Source: a virus. Taken from it: a stretch of 39,409 bases of DNA. The notes under the pieces are model-generated. The model was not told the origin of the DNA. It searched no databases and saw only the letters and a list, made by a program, of their open reading frames with translations. Position numbers and translations under genes: made by a program. Positions 1 through 8,883 of this stretch are shown piece by piece (positions within the stretch are counted from its first letter, which is position 1; every line of letters starts with the position of its first letter). The stretch lies in the UHGV virus genome UHGV-0098635; one strand, written 5' to 3'.

Positions 1-49
1 ATGTTTGCAGTTTCAAGGCATTTCCTTAAATCTGCTGGTGATGCCCTGT

Positions 50-712
50 TCATGCTGCACGCTCCCGCCCCTGGTTGTCTGTTGGTGACAGCGGAGCATT
101 GCTGAATGCATTTGTTAATCCGGCAATATCCAACGCGTATCCAGGGTGTAGTTGCACTGCCGGGTCTTCGCACTGATTACCCCAAACATCGAAGCCATGA
201 GACGTCTGGCGGGCGAACAGTTCAATGCGAGAAACATCGCCTAACAATTGCACAAGTTTTTCACGAACAATATCTGGTTTTCTTGAATGCTCAAGCCGCG
301 GTGCGGTAAATGACTGAACGATCCCTGCATTAATGCGCGTAGGTAGTTTTCCCTTTACTGCAAACAGGCAATCTTCACTATTGGCGCGAGTCATGTGTCC
401 CATACCCATAACCAGTTTATCTGGTTGTCGACTACCACATTTTATCCACGTGAAGCCCTTCATGGTCATCAGACGGAATCCCCAGGCTTCAACAACTTTT
501 AGTGCTTCGAGTGGTTGTGTTGGCACCCACCACATGGCCAACAGACAGTTTTCATCGGCCAAATCCCACACAGGAAGGCGGCAGATATCCAGCACACTCA
601 TAACCGGATATTTAAAACCGGCACCGCGATTACCATCTGCGGCTTTGTCCCGGTATACCCAGGGTGGATCTGCATAGATTAGTGTGTATTTCTTAGTCAT
701 AAACCACCCCAC
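50..712 (-). CDS. MT-A70 family DNA N6-adenine methyltransferase
   Basis: 220-aa ORF with the DPPW catalytic motif (YADPPW) near the N-terminus. The likely true start is the ATG at 700 (MTKKY). Confidence 0.8.
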   Translation of the reverse strand: MGWFMTKKYTLIYADPPWVYRDKAADGNRGAGFKYPVMSVLDICRLPVWDLADENCLLAMWWVPTQPLEALKVVEAWGFRLMTMKGFTWIKCGSRQPDKLVMGMGHMTRANSEDCLFAVKGKLPTRINAGIVQSFTAPRLEHSRKPDIVREKLVQLLGDVSRIELFARQTSHGFDVWGNQCEDPAVQLHPGYALDIAGLTNAFSNAPLSPTDNQGRERAA

Positions 713-992
713 AACATCCTATGCCGCTATAGTCGCCACGGCGAAGGCCGTTACCTTTTGTGATACATTGGTCCCTGCGAACCGCGATCCTTGCACGCTC
801 AACATCACCAGAAGCAACATCCATACACTGAAGCCAAAGGTGGGCGGCAATGCGGAACTGCCCTTTTTTCTCTCTTTCAATCGCGCGTTTTTCGAACTCT
901 ATCGCCGCAGGAGTAACGGCAACAACCTTTGAAGGGCTGCGCATTGAAACCTTGTTCATGTGATATTTTTCAAGTCGGCTTAACTTTCTCAC
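693..992 (-). CDS. hypothetical small protein upstream of the methyltransferase
   Basis: 99-aa ORF whose stop overlaps the methylase start; GTG start at 992, internal ATG alternatives, no recognisable motif. Confidence 0.4.
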   Translation of the reverse strand: MRKLSRLEKYHMNKVSMRSPSKVVAVTPAAIEFEKRAIEREKKGQFRIAAHLWLQCMDVASGDVERARIAVRRDQCITKGNGLRRGDYSGIGCCGVVYD

Positions 993-1101
993 TTAATCCA
1001 ACACTCTCTGAAAATTAATGCCAGCAGATAAAGCCATGCTGAAACAGAGGCCAGGAATAAGTACCATCCTGACCATTTGCTCCAGTGCCTTAGCAGCGCA
1101 C

Positions 1102-1350
1102 TCATGCAGCGTTGCTCACAGGACGATATACACGTTGCTGAACAGGAGGTTTTTTACCCTGGAACTCTGCCGGGCTTGCTGCCTGACGTTCATCAAGCCA
1201 ACGCTCAACTTCATCACGGTTCCATGCGCAGCGTTTATCGGTGATATACCAGCGTTTAGGAAATTCCCCTGCGCGCTCCATACGGTCGATAGTGCTCCAT
1301 GACAGTGGAACCACCGCCAGGAGTTCCTTCTTACCTAATGCACCTTTCAT
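1102..1350 (-). CDS. AlpA-family phage transcriptional regulator / excisionase-like DNA-binding protein
   Basis: 82-aa ORF; the segment LSWSTIDRMERAGEFPKRWYI...WNRDEVERWL matches the AlpA/Xis-type winged-helix pattern. Confidence 0.75.
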   Translation of the reverse strand: MKGALGKKELLAVVPLSWSTIDRMERAGEFPKRWYITDKRCAWNRDEVERWLDERQAASPAEFQGKKPPVQQRVYRPVSNAA

Positions 1351-1399
1351 AAATACCTCTCTTGGTTGCAGTGCGGCGCGCGTGGCGCCGCGGTGGTGG

Positions 1400-2281
1400 T
1401 TACATAGATGTTTCGTTTAATTCTTCCCGACGAACGCTGTAAACGTCGGTGGCTTTTGCCAGCAGTTCGTCATCATCTGAAAGTTTTTGTGCAATGTATT
1501 TGTAAGCCTTATCCAGTTCGGAGACAGTGCTGTAATTCATCGCTGCGCTGGTAAAGGCCATCAGCATTTCTTCTGGATCACGGCTATCCGCTTTACGCGT
1601 TTGCTCATCAGGCTTTTTCGCTGGTTTAGCGTTGATCAGACTGTTCATTCCCGCAGCAGTGGTCGTTTGCGGAGTAATGTCTCGCTCAACGCGCGGTGCC
1701 GTTTCCTGTAATTCGTCTGGTGTGTAAACACCGAGAAGTACATCAGGAGCGTGCAGGCGAGCCCATCGTTTCGTGCAAAGATAGGCAAGTTGCTGACGCG
1801 GATCCTGTTCCCACAATGGAGAGTTACGCACTCCGGCTTGCGCCATACTGATGGTAAGCTCACGGGGTTCTGCTTCTCCTTTAAGAACTGCTGACACAGT
1901 TACCGTCAGATTCGGTGATTTATCTGTTTTGCCGTTAACATTCGACCAGTCACCGCTCCAGCGATAATTCAGGCGTGTCGCTAGCAGGCTGGAAGAGGAT
2001 ACGACCGCGTTTACCAACTGTGCTTCGTAGCCTAACGTTCCGTTTACCACATGCGTTTTCTGCGCCACGGCGAAAGGGTTCATTCCCCACTGTGCCGCCT
2101 GCATGGTCACCGCCAGACAATCGGCAGGTTTGCCTTCAAGATGTTTCGGTACAGTCGCTTTGCTTTGTGACATCAACTCCGCGAAACGAACCAGTTGATT
2201 CATGCCCTCGGGGCTGAATATTGCCGCAGCAGTGCCTACAGTTGCGCCTGGTTGTGATGTGATTGCGATATCATTGCTCAT
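1400..2281 (-). CDS. RecT/Red-beta-like single-strand annealing recombinase
   Basis: 293-aa ORF next to a PD-(D/E)XK exonuclease gene in a leftward early operon; sequence pattern fits the RecT family (from memory, not searched). Confidence 0.7.
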   Translation of the reverse strand: MSNDIAITSQPGATVGTAAAIFSPEGMNQLVRFAELMSQSKATVPKHLEGKPADCLAVTMQAAQWGMNPFAVAQKTHVVNGTLGYEAQLVNAVVSSSSLLATRLNYRWSGDWSNVNGKTDKSPNLTVTVSAVLKGEAEPRELTISMAQAGVRNSPLWEQDPRQQLAYLCTKRWARLHAPDVLLGVYTPDELQETAPRVERDITPQTTTAAGMNSLINAKPAKKPDEQTRKADSRDPEEMLMAFTSAAMNYSTVSELDKAYKYIAQKLSDDDELLAKATDVYSVRREELNETSM

Positions 2282-3099
2282 ACGTACATATCCTGTTTAC
2301 GTGCCCAGTCAGGGCGTTTAATAATTTCCACTCCGCCCCATTCATCGTTGATGCGGCATTCGTGATAGGTATTCAGATCCCGGCGGAACAGAGCGTGCCC
2401 GGCATCGACATCTGGCGCATCCAGCTCGAACACGCGTACCGGATACCGACCACAATCAATGCTTTCGCTCACGGCAAGAAAGAAAAAACCATGCGGCTGA
2501 CCAGTAACCCTCATTGCGCCTTCGCGGTACATTGCGTCCTGCACGTGGTAGCGGAATTCCTCGATGTGGCGTGCAAAACGGTCCATATCTGCAACCTTTT
2601 TCACGTCGACGATCACGTTGTGCTCGTTCAGCCATTTGTCTGGACGAATTCGGCACAACTCACCCGTCTCTTCATCGTTCCAGTACATTGATGCTTCGCA
2701 GTAACCAGGTGCTTCCAACATCCAGCGTGCCGCCGGATGAGCCATTGCGCTATCACGCATCAGCTCCAGTTTCCGCCACTGCTCGGCATCAAGTACCGTA
2801 ATCCCCATATCCGCCACATCACGAAGAAATGCCTCTTCGTCAGCTTTACCTTGTTTCGTCCGACGATCGAATTTCGGTGAAACAATGAAGCGTTTGTCGA
2901 ACTCTCCAGGCTCCAGAAGCAGACAGTGCAATGCGGTTCCCATATCCAGTGCAGACTTTTTCTCTTCGTCTTCTGGTGCTGCCTGAACCCATTTAAGAAG
3001 CGCCGGATTCTTGGCAACCATGTCCAGTTGCGACTTACTCACGCCGTCACCGGCGTGGTAGTCTTCGTTGCTGATGTCGAAATAAATTCCCGGTTTCAT
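2278..3099 (-). CDS. PD-(D/E)XK exonuclease (RecE C-terminal-like, partner of RecT)
   Basis: 273-aa ORF; the N-terminus MKPGIYFDISNEDYHAGDGVSKSQLD is typical of phage PDDEXK exonucleases; start and stop overlap the flanking genes; RBS GAGGGA upstream. Confidence 0.75.
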   Translation of the reverse strand: MKPGIYFDISNEDYHAGDGVSKSQLDMVAKNPALLKWVQAAPEDEEKKSALDMGTALHCLLLEPGEFDKRFIVSPKFDRRTKQGKADEEAFLRDVADMGITVLDAEQWRKLELMRDSAMAHPAARWMLEAPGYCEASMYWNDEETGELCRIRPDKWLNEHNVIVDVKKVADMDRFARHIEEFRYHVQDAMYREGAMRVTGQPHGFFFLAVSESIDCGRYPVRVFELDAPDVDAGHALFRRDLNTYHECRINDEWGGVEIIKRPDWARKQDMYV

Positions 3100-3395
3100 G
3101 CCGCGTCCCTCTGTCCATCAAGCTGATCCGCCAGATCCCAGCGGGCGATAATTGCCATTGCCTCTCGCCGATAGGCATCCATCAGTTCTTCGAACTCAGG
3201 GCTGTCTTTAGCAGCCTCCAGTACTTCCTGACGAACGCCTTTGCCTGTTACAACGTCGAAAGTTGAGGACAGTTGATGAAGTCGGATGCTCTCAATCAGT
3301 TCGACTTGTCGGTCATATAGCTGTTCTGACAGGCGGTAGTCCTTGTCGAATGCCAGCATGATTTTTTGAAGATTTTTCTGCTGATTAACGTTCAT
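3096..3395 (-). CDS. hypothetical early protein
   Basis: ORF in the leftward early operon; start taken as the ATG at 3395 (MNVNQQ) with GGAGG 7 nt upstream, not the longer track start. Confidence 0.6.
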   Translation of the reverse strand: MNVNQQKNLQKIMLAFDKDYRLSEQLYDRQVELIESIRLHQLSSTFDVVTGKGVRQEVLEAAKDSPEFEELMDAYRREAMAIIARWDLADQLDGQRDAA

Positions 3396-3397
3396 TA

Positions 3398-3550
3398 TCA
3401 GCCCTCCCATATCTCGTTATCGTTGGCCACATCGCGAGCTTCTTTGCTGACGAAAGCCCACTTAATGCCTTCCTGTAAGGTGCGGAACTTCCAGCTCATG
3501 AATCCGCATGCAGTAACGCAGTACCAACCGTTGATGATTTTCCACTGCAT
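3398..3550 (-). CDS. hypothetical 50-aa protein, first gene of the leftward early operon
   Basis: Not in the ORF track (under 60 aa). ATG at 3550 with GAGGT RBS; the TGA stop overlaps the next start (TGATAATG). Translation MQWKIINGWYCVTACGFMSWKFRTLQEGIKWAFVSKEARDVANDNEIWEG. Confidence 0.4.
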   Translation of the reverse strand: MQWKIINGWYCVTACGFMSWKFRTLQEGIKWAFVSKEARDVANDNEIWEG

Positions 3551-3569
3551 AACTTGTTACCTCGGTCTG

Positions 3570-3646
3570 TTACCGTTGAGGTAATGATTATGCGTATTTG
3601 GTTTGGTGTCAATAGATATGAGTTAAAAAAATTACCCTTAAGGTAA
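3570..3646 (-). promoter_or_regulatory. candidate leftward early promoter flanked by two TTACC-N5-GGTAA operator palindromes
   Basis: Minus-strand TTGACA (plus 3607-3612) and CATAAT (plus 3587-3592), though the spacer is only about 14 bp. Palindromes at 3570-3584 (TTACCGTTGAGGTAA) and 3632-3646 (TTACCCTTAAGGTAA). Confidence 0.5.
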
Positions 3647-3652
3647 TTGTGT

Positions 3653-3683
3653 AGACAATAAAAAAGCCGCCAGAAGGCGGCTT
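3653..3683 (-). terminator. rho-independent terminator after the repressor gene
   Basis: Stem AAGCCGCC / GGCGGCTT with a 4-nt loop, followed on the minus strand by a T-run. Confidence 0.6.
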
Positions 3684-3703
3684 ACTTACTGAAAAATATG
3701 ATT

Positions 3704-4288
3704 TTATTGTTTGTTTTTTTCGTTCTGGTTGATGACAAATTCAATGTAACTTTCGATCTTTGCTTTCTCGGTTTCGGGTAACAATGCGTAGCGCGAGCGG
3801 TCATAGTTGATGGTCGCAGGGTCGTGCGGGTGAATCAGTAATTCATAGCCGTGACGCCCGAATGCGGATGCAACATTCTCCAGGGTGGAAATGGAAACGC
3901 TGACCTCATTGTTTAACAGGCGGCTGATTGTCACCTGGGCGACGCCGGATGCGCGGTGAAGTTTTCCCTGTGTTGAAAGGTCGCGGCTTTCGCTCATCCA
4001 GCGTTCCAGGTTGTGAGCCGCCAGCTGACCAATGTCGCTTGGGCCGACAGGCTGAAAACCTTCCTGAGAAAGCGAGCGATCGATATCAAGCCAGTTACGG
4101 GGTTTATTGGCGGCAGCTTCAATTTTTCGCGCAACCTGGTCGCCGATAACCTTCTTGCCAAGAGCCCAGCGGTTTACCAGATTTGCCTGAGTTCCAAGTT
4201 TTTCTGCCATCCGCGTCTGAACACCATTGAATTCACGGTCGATCAAGTCGTTGAGATTTTGCCTGCGGACGTCCTGGATACTTTTCAT
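3704..4288 (-). CDS. phage repressor, CI-like role, two HTH regions, no S24 peptidase domain
   Basis: 194-aa ORF divergent from a Cro-like gene. HTH-like segments at residues about 25-45 and 110-140. No Ser/Lys autoprotease motif (no GDSM-type segment). Confidence 0.7.
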   Translation of the reverse strand: MKSIQDVRRQNLNDLIDREFNGVQTRMAEKLGTQANLVNRWALGKKVIGDQVARKIEAAANKPRNWLDIDRSLSQEGFQPVGPSDIGQLAAHNLERWMSESRDLSTQGKLHRASGVAQVTISRLLNNEVSVSISTLENVASAFGRHGYELLIHPHDPATINYDRSRYALLPETEKAKIESYIEFVINQNEKNKQ

Positions 4289-4343
4289 TTTCTGGAAAAT
4301 CGCCTCGTATATGAATCAGTAGATGATTCAATTTAAAGCAATA

Positions 4344-4406
4344 TTACCCAACAGGTAAATGCACCCCATAGGTAACTATCCTTGATTTTTGTTACCTTAT
4401 GGGTGA
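4344..4406. promoter_or_regulatory. tripartite operator cluster between the repressor and Cro-like genes
   Basis: TTACCCAACAGGTAA (4344-4358), imperfect GCACCCCATAGGTAA (4361-4375), TTACCTTATGGGTGA (4392-4406). A candidate rightward promoter TTGTTA-N17-TATTAT overlaps the third site. Confidence 0.6.
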
Positions 4407-4442
4407 ATATTTATTATCTGAAATAAATATCAGGCAATAGCT

Positions 4443-4673
4443 ATGAGCGATAACGGACATTTCGATTTCAAAAAGCACTGGCTTGCACTTACTCCGGATG
4501 AGCGTGAAGCCTTCGCACAGGAAGCCGGAACGACGAGTCACTATATCCAGACTCACTTAACAGGTAAGCGCAAAATGCCAGGTAAAGTATTGATGAATGG
4601 GCTTTTTAAAGCCTGTAAAACAAGACAATGGCTGCGCTCAAAAGCAGAACTGGCATACTTCTTCTACTCATGA
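4443..4673 (+). CDS. Cro-like small DNA-binding protein (YdaS-like)
   Basis: 76-aa ORF transcribed divergently from the repressor, directly downstream of the operator cluster. Confidence 0.55.
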   Translation: MSDNGHFDFKKHWLALTPDEREAFAQEAGTTSHYIQTHLTGKRKMPGKVLMNGLFKACKTRQWLRSKAELAYFFYS

Positions 4674-4695
4674 TATCCAGCCACAACCCTCTGTA

Positions 4696-4720
4696 GACCG
4701 CCACCCGGCGGTCTTTTCAT
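4696..4720 (+). terminator. rho-independent terminator after the Cro-like gene (tR1-like position)
   Basis: Stem GACCGCC / GGCGGTC, loop ACCC, followed by TTTTCAT. Confidence 0.5.
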
Positions 4721-4823
4721 ATCTATTCGCACCTCAAAGGTAATAAAAAACCAAATCTGGTTGATCTTTTTTTTGTGTCAGCACAAAATGACCGTAATCC
4801 CAATACTAATAACAGGGCTTACC

Positions 4824-5024
4824 ATGGAAATCATTACACGTATTGATGCCGCAAAGCGCGGACTTAAACGCTACTACACCGGAAAAACATGTAAGCACGG
4901 ACATGACAGTGAACGCTGGGTTTACAACGGACACTGTGTTGAGTGCACCATGGAATCAAACCGTCGTATCAGGGCAGAGATTAAGCAGATCATGATTAAT
5001 TCCTCCCCACAACATTCAAGCTGA
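4824..5024 (+). CDS. small zinc-ribbon protein in the cII position
   Basis: Start taken as the ATG at 4824 (MEIITR). Contains TCKHGHDSERWVYNGHCVEC with Cys/His ligands. Confidence 0.45.
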   Translation: MEIITRIDAAKRGLKRYYTGKTCKHGHDSERWVYNGHCVECTMESNRRIRAEIKQIMINSSPQHSS

Positions 5025-5039
5025 TAGCGGAGATTAATC

Positions 5040-5855
5040 ATGAGCAGACATGCAACAGATTGGGCCTGGGAGACAGATCCAGGTAGCTCGTCATTAAAGC
5101 TCATACTGCTCTCGATGGCTGACAGAGCCGATGAATATAACCTCTGCTACCCCAGCATAGAACGCCTCGTTAAAGACACTTGTCTGAATAAAAAAACCGT
5201 GCAGGCCGGGCTTATATCGCTCATGAAAATGGGGCTTATTTCAGATACCGGAGAGAGAAAGGGAGCGACAAAAAGAGTGCGGGTTTTCTCTCTTAATATA
5301 ACCAAAAACGGGAACATTAAAGGCAACCGGGAGGGGGGCAATGAACCCGAAAACGGTAATGTTACCGAAAACGGGAATATACCCAAAAACGGGATGTTGA
5401 ATGATCCCAAAAACGGGATGTTGAATGATCCCAAAAACGGGATCCAGAACCAGTCATATAACCAGTCATTTAACCAAGAGAGGGAGAGCAGGACAAAAAA
5501 CGGGGATTCTGTGCCTCATGACCCCGACGCAAACAACGCCGTGATGAATAACTTTGTTCCTCCTGGTGGGCCAGGGCAATTAGGCAAATTTGTCATGCAT
5601 GAACAATGGCAGCCATCAGATGACTTTCTTCGGAAAAGCTCATTGCAGGGGATCTACCTGGACAGTCTGCCAACGGCACAGGAACTTGCAGAGTTCAGAA
5701 TTTACTGGATGGCTGAGGGTAAGGCATACCATCAGGCACAGTGGGAGCAGAAGCTGGCAAGGCGGCTGCAGATTAGCAGACAGAAGCAATCAACATTACC
5801 TGATAACAACGTTCCGCACTGGAACAGCCCTGAAGCATGGGAGGATTTCTTGTGA
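5040..5855 (+). CDS. replication initiator (O-like role) with internal iterons
   Basis: 271-aa ORF with an N-terminal winged-helix-like region, a low-complexity KNG-repeat middle encoded by direct DNA repeats, and a P-like gene immediately downstream. Confidence 0.65.
   Translation: MSRHATDWAWETDPGSSSLKLILLSMADRADEYNLCYPSIERLVKDTCLNKKTVQAGLISLMKMGLISDTGERKGATKRVRVFSLNITKNGNIKGNREGGNEPENGNVTENGNIPKNGMLNDPKNGMLNDPKNGIQNQSYNQSFNQERESRTKNGDSVPHDPDANNAVMNNFVPPGGPGQLGKFVMHEQWQPSDDFLRKSSLQGIYLDSLPTAQELAEFRIYWMAEGKAYHQAQWEQKLARRLQISRQKQSTLPDNNVPHWNSPEAWEDFL
5302..5514. repeat. iteron array inside the initiator gene; candidate replication origin
   Basis: About seven copies of the core CAAAAACGGGA, including a perfect 24-bp tandem duplication cccaaaaacgggatgttgaatgat at 5382-5405 and 5406-5429. 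Confidence 0.6.
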
Positions 5856-6637
5856 ACAACGTTTTTACCGCGATACAAAACCGTGACGGAGAAGCCCTTT
5901 CTCGCATGTCAGGTTATGAGCATCAGTACGTCAACAATGACAATGTGGTGAACATGTCAGCAGAGAGGCTTGTTGATGCCCTTTTTAAACAGCTGAAACA
6001 ACTGTTTCCGGCGGCAGTGGTAACCAACCTGAAGACGCCAGAGCAGGAAGTTGCTGCAAAACAGCAGTGGATTGCTGCGTTTGCCGAAGGGGGGATCCGA
6101 ACCCGTGAACAGGTTTCTGCTGGTATGCGCCACGCCCGCGCCAGTGAATCTCCGTTCTGGCCGTCTCCAGGGCAATTTATCAAGTGGTGCAAAGACAGCA
6201 AGATGGTTCTTGGCGTCACCATTGACGATGTGATGGCGGAGTTTCACCGGTACAGCAAGGAAAAAAGTTTATATCCTGGTGGTCCCGAAAGATTCCCGTG
6301 GCGACATCCGGTTATGTACTGGGTCGTATGTGATACCCGCCGCGCAATGTATCAGCGCCAGCTTAGCGAGATTGAGGTTGAGAAACACGCACGCAGGCTG
6401 CTCGATGATTGGGCGAAAAAGGTGGCTTCCGGACAGCAGATACCCGATCCGGTGATCAGCATACAGGCAAAGCCAGAACCCATGAGTACGCCTCCGGACA
6501 CAGGGAGAGACGTTTACCATCCACCAGGGCGAAGTTTCGGGTGCATGCCTAACGCCGCCACCCTTGGGGGAATAACACCGGCGCAGTGGCTGATGGAGGA
6601 ATACAGGCGGGGAAAGGCGGCAGGATTTATCAAGTAA
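5852..6637 (+). CDS. lambda P-like replication protein (DnaB helicase loader)
   Basis: The segment LFPAAVVTNLKTPEQEVAAKQQWIAAFAEGGIRTREQVSAGMRHARASESPFWPSPGQFIKWCKD aligns with the conserved lambda P region (recalled). Likely GTG start at 5852 with GGAGG RBS, overlapping the upstream stop. Confidence 0.8.
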   Translation: MNNVFTAIQNRDGEALSRMSGYEHQYVNNDNVVNMSAERLVDALFKQLKQLFPAAVVTNLKTPEQEVAAKQQWIAAFAEGGIRTREQVSAGMRHARASESPFWPSPGQFIKWCKDSKMVLGVTIDDVMAEFHRYSKEKSLYPGGPERFPWRHPVMYWVVCDTRRAMYQRQLSEIEVEKHARRLLDDWAKKVASGQQIPDPVISIQAKPEPMSTPPDTGRDVYHPPGRSFGCMPNAATLGGITPAQWLMEEYRRGKAAGFIK

Positions 6638-6674
6638 TACCAGCGCGATAGCGCATTTTTTTACGCCTTGATAA

Positions 6675-6751
6675 TTACCTGTTGGGTAATAAAATATTCT
6701 AAACTCTATTGATTTCGTGTCTTATGTGGTTTTTAATTACCTTAGAGGTAA
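6675..6751 (+). promoter_or_regulatory. composite regulatory module upstream of the nin-like operon
   Basis: TTACCTGTTGGGTAA (6675-6689), CTTATGTGGTT (6721-6731), TTACCTTAGAGGTAA (6737-6751) ending 3 nt before the ATG at 6755. Confidence 0.5.
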
Positions 6752-6754
6752 ATC

Positions 6755-7102
6755 ATGAGAAAACAGATACAGGCTCTTGGTCGACTCAAAACAGGCCAGA
6801 TGAACAAAACAGAATCTGCGTATTGCCAGCACCTTGAGCAGCGTAAACGTGCAGGGGAAATCGCCTGGTATCGATTCGAGGGTATCAAGCTGCGGTTAGC
6901 TGACAACACGTTCTATACGCCTGATTTCGCTGTGATGCTCGCCACCGGAGAGATGGAACTGCACGAAGTGAAAGGGGGATTCTGGACCGACGACGCCAGG
7001 GTGAAAACCAAAGTAGCCGCAGATCAGTATCCGTTCCGAATCATCGGGGTAACGGTTAAACCAAAGAAAGCAGGTGGCGGCTGGAACATCGAAGAGTTCT
7101 GA
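6755..7102 (+). CDS. DUF1064-like phage protein (possible resolvase-like nuclease)
   Basis: 115-aa ORF; the pattern YCQHLEQRKRAGEIAWYRFEGIKLRL...YTPDFAV...HEVKGG recalls DUF1064; nin-region position. Confidence 0.55.
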   Translation: MRKQIQALGRLKTGQMNKTESAYCQHLEQRKRAGEIAWYRFEGIKLRLADNTFYTPDFAVMLATGEMELHEVKGGFWTDDARVKTKVAADQYPFRIIGVTVKPKKAGGGWNIEEF

Positions 7103-7163
7103 ATCGACGATCTTTTTAGTTATCAATGTAATCAATAAGTTATGTGGATAAGCGAGGGTAAAG

Positions 7164-7721
7164 ATGGAAAGTAATATCAAAGGGTTAGTTGCCGCCGGGC
7201 ATGAGATGGCTTCGGAACTGAAAGCAGAATGTGGTGCCGTTGATATGCGCAGTGTGGCAAAGCTGATCAGCGATTTGGCAACGCAACTGGAAGTTCAGTT
7301 GGTGCGTGCTAATGAGCTGGCTGAAGACCAGCAGAAAGCGATTGAGTCAATTAAGCAGGCTGATTCGGCTGTTAAGTTGGCACACGAGAAGTTTTCGGAG
7401 CTGGCAGCGGAGAATGCGGGGCTTAAGGCGATATGTGATGACCGTCGCAGGTTCATCATGAATGGGGTGCAGATGGGTTATATCAAGGTTCCAGCAGCGG
7501 AAACAGATCCAGACCTTGAGACAATTCGCATTGCTATATCACCACAAAAGCCCATTCCAGCCACCGATGCTTTCCTGACTGAAATTGAACGCAAAGCAAT
7601 CCGAAAGTTCATTAACAGCATTGAACACATCCTGCGTGACAAGCTGTCTCCGTATGACACCGAAGAGATGCTTGAGGCTATGCGTATTTTTCTGGAAGAA
7701 CAGGAAGGTGAGCAAAAATGA
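7164..7721 (+). CDS. hypothetical phage protein
   Basis: 185-aa ORF with start/stop coupling to the next gene; predicted helical. Confidence 0.55.
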   Translation: MESNIKGLVAAGHEMASELKAECGAVDMRSVAKLISDLATQLEVQLVRANELAEDQQKAIESIKQADSAVKLAHEKFSELAAENAGLKAICDDRRRFIMNGVQMGYIKVPAAETDPDLETIRIAISPQKPIPATDAFLTEIERKAIRKFINSIEHILRDKLSPYDTEEMLEAMRIFLEEQEGEQK

Positions 7722-8023
7722 CGATCACAAAACAACGTGTAGAAGAAATCATATCCCGTATTGAAATGTATGGGCATGGTGCCGGGTATACCGCTGATGA
7801 GGTTTATGACCTTGCTGTACTGGCGCTGAATTTATCAAATATCGCAAAACTCAAGCGATACGAGCTTGATATGGATGGTTGTGACTCGTTCGGTCAGGAT
7901 TGTGGCGCTGACATGACTGAAGATTCTGATGGCGATTATGTCCTGTTTGATGACGTAGTTAAGTTGTTTGAGTTTGATACATTCGAAAGCCCAGCAAAGG
8001 AGGCAACCAGTGAGCAAGATTGA
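7718..8023 (+). CDS. hypothetical acidic phage protein
   Basis: 101-aa ORF whose start overlaps the upstream stop. Confidence 0.5.
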   Translation: MTITKQRVEEIISRIEMYGHGAGYTADEVYDLAVLALNLSNIAKLKRYELDMDGCDSFGQDCGADMTEDSDGDYVLFDDVVKLFEFDTFESPAKEATSEQD

Positions 8024-8534
8024 TTATCAGGCACTGCGTGAGTTAGCAAAACAGGCAACACAAGGAGAATGGGTTGCATTTATTTCGACGGGTACTGGTA
8101 CGTATGCGGTGCATACGCCCGGTGATAAACGATGTGAAGACGTTATCAAATGGACCGGCTTTGATGGACAGAAAAACGCAGAGAACAACGCTCGTTATAT
8201 CGCAGCTTTCAACCCAGAAGTAGTGCGGGCACTACTGGATGAACGGGAAAGAAACCAGCAATACATCAAAAGCCGTGATCAGGAGAACGAGGATATTGCG
8301 CTAACGGTAGGGAAGTTGCGCGTTGAGCTTGAGGCAGAAAAACAGCGGGCAAAGGATCTGTTTATGGAAAATGCTCGGCTTAAGTCAGGTATAGCCGGTC
8401 TGATACACCTCGGTATTCGATATGCAGATGTTGATGTCATGAAAATTGCTGGAGATGCCCAGCTTTCTACCCCATGCACTGACAGCATCATAAACAGCAT
8501 TGCAACAGGCATTCGCATCAACGGAGGTGAGTAG
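8010..8534 (+). CDS. Ead/Ea22-like family protein
   Basis: GTG start at 8010 with AAGGAGG 6 nt upstream; QGEWVAF...YAVHTPGDKRCEDVI...NARYIAAFNPEVVRALLD resembles Ead/Ea22-like early proteins. Confidence 0.6.
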   Translation: MSKIDYQALRELAKQATQGEWVAFISTGTGTYAVHTPGDKRCEDVIKWTGFDGQKNAENNARYIAAFNPEVVRALLDERERNQQYIKSRDQENEDIALTVGKLRVELEAEKQRAKDLFMENARLKSGIAGLIHLGIRYADVDVMKIAGDAQLSTPCTDSIINSIATGIRINGGE

Positions 8535-8706
8535 TGCGTGTGGCATGTATTGGCTTGTTACCGTACCCGACTCGTTTTTTGGCTTCTGCGCTAATTGCAA
8601 AGCCGTATGTCCTGATGGCTGACAACATCATCCCGGCACCAAAGCGCCGCCATACCGGTATTGCAGCGGCACGACGAGCAGCAAAGAGACGCAGGAGAGC
8701 AAAGCG

Positions 8707-8883
8707 ATGAAAAACCGTAAGGCAAAACGACTTTTTTTACAGCGACCTGTGCGTGTGGTGGAGCTGGTTATTAGCAACCATAAGATAGCGGTACTCCATC
8801 CATTTGGTCAGGTGGCTTTTGCCGCAAAGCGTAAGCCTACTGCGTCACAGAACAGGCGGAAGAAAGGGTACGCTGTAAGATGA
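8707..8883 (+). CDS. small basic protein, paralog of the next ORF
   Basis: 58-aa ORF not in the track; starts MKNRKAKRLFLQRP, with the first roughly 40 nt nearly identical to the start of the ORF at 8880; its stop overlaps that start. Confidence 0.35.
   Translation: MKNRKAKRLFLQRPVRVVELVISNHKIAVLHPFGQVAFAAKRKPTASQNRRKKGYAVR

Noticed and set aside
106-677. Plus-strand ORFs 106-309 and 333-677 inside the methyltransferase locus
   Set aside because: Antisense to a well-supported methyltransferase ORF; no start context or recognisable motifs.
1360-1380. GC-rich hairpin GCGGCGCgcgtgGCGCCGC between the RecT-like and AlpA-like genes
   Set aside because: No adjacent T-run on either strand, so not called a terminator; function unknown.
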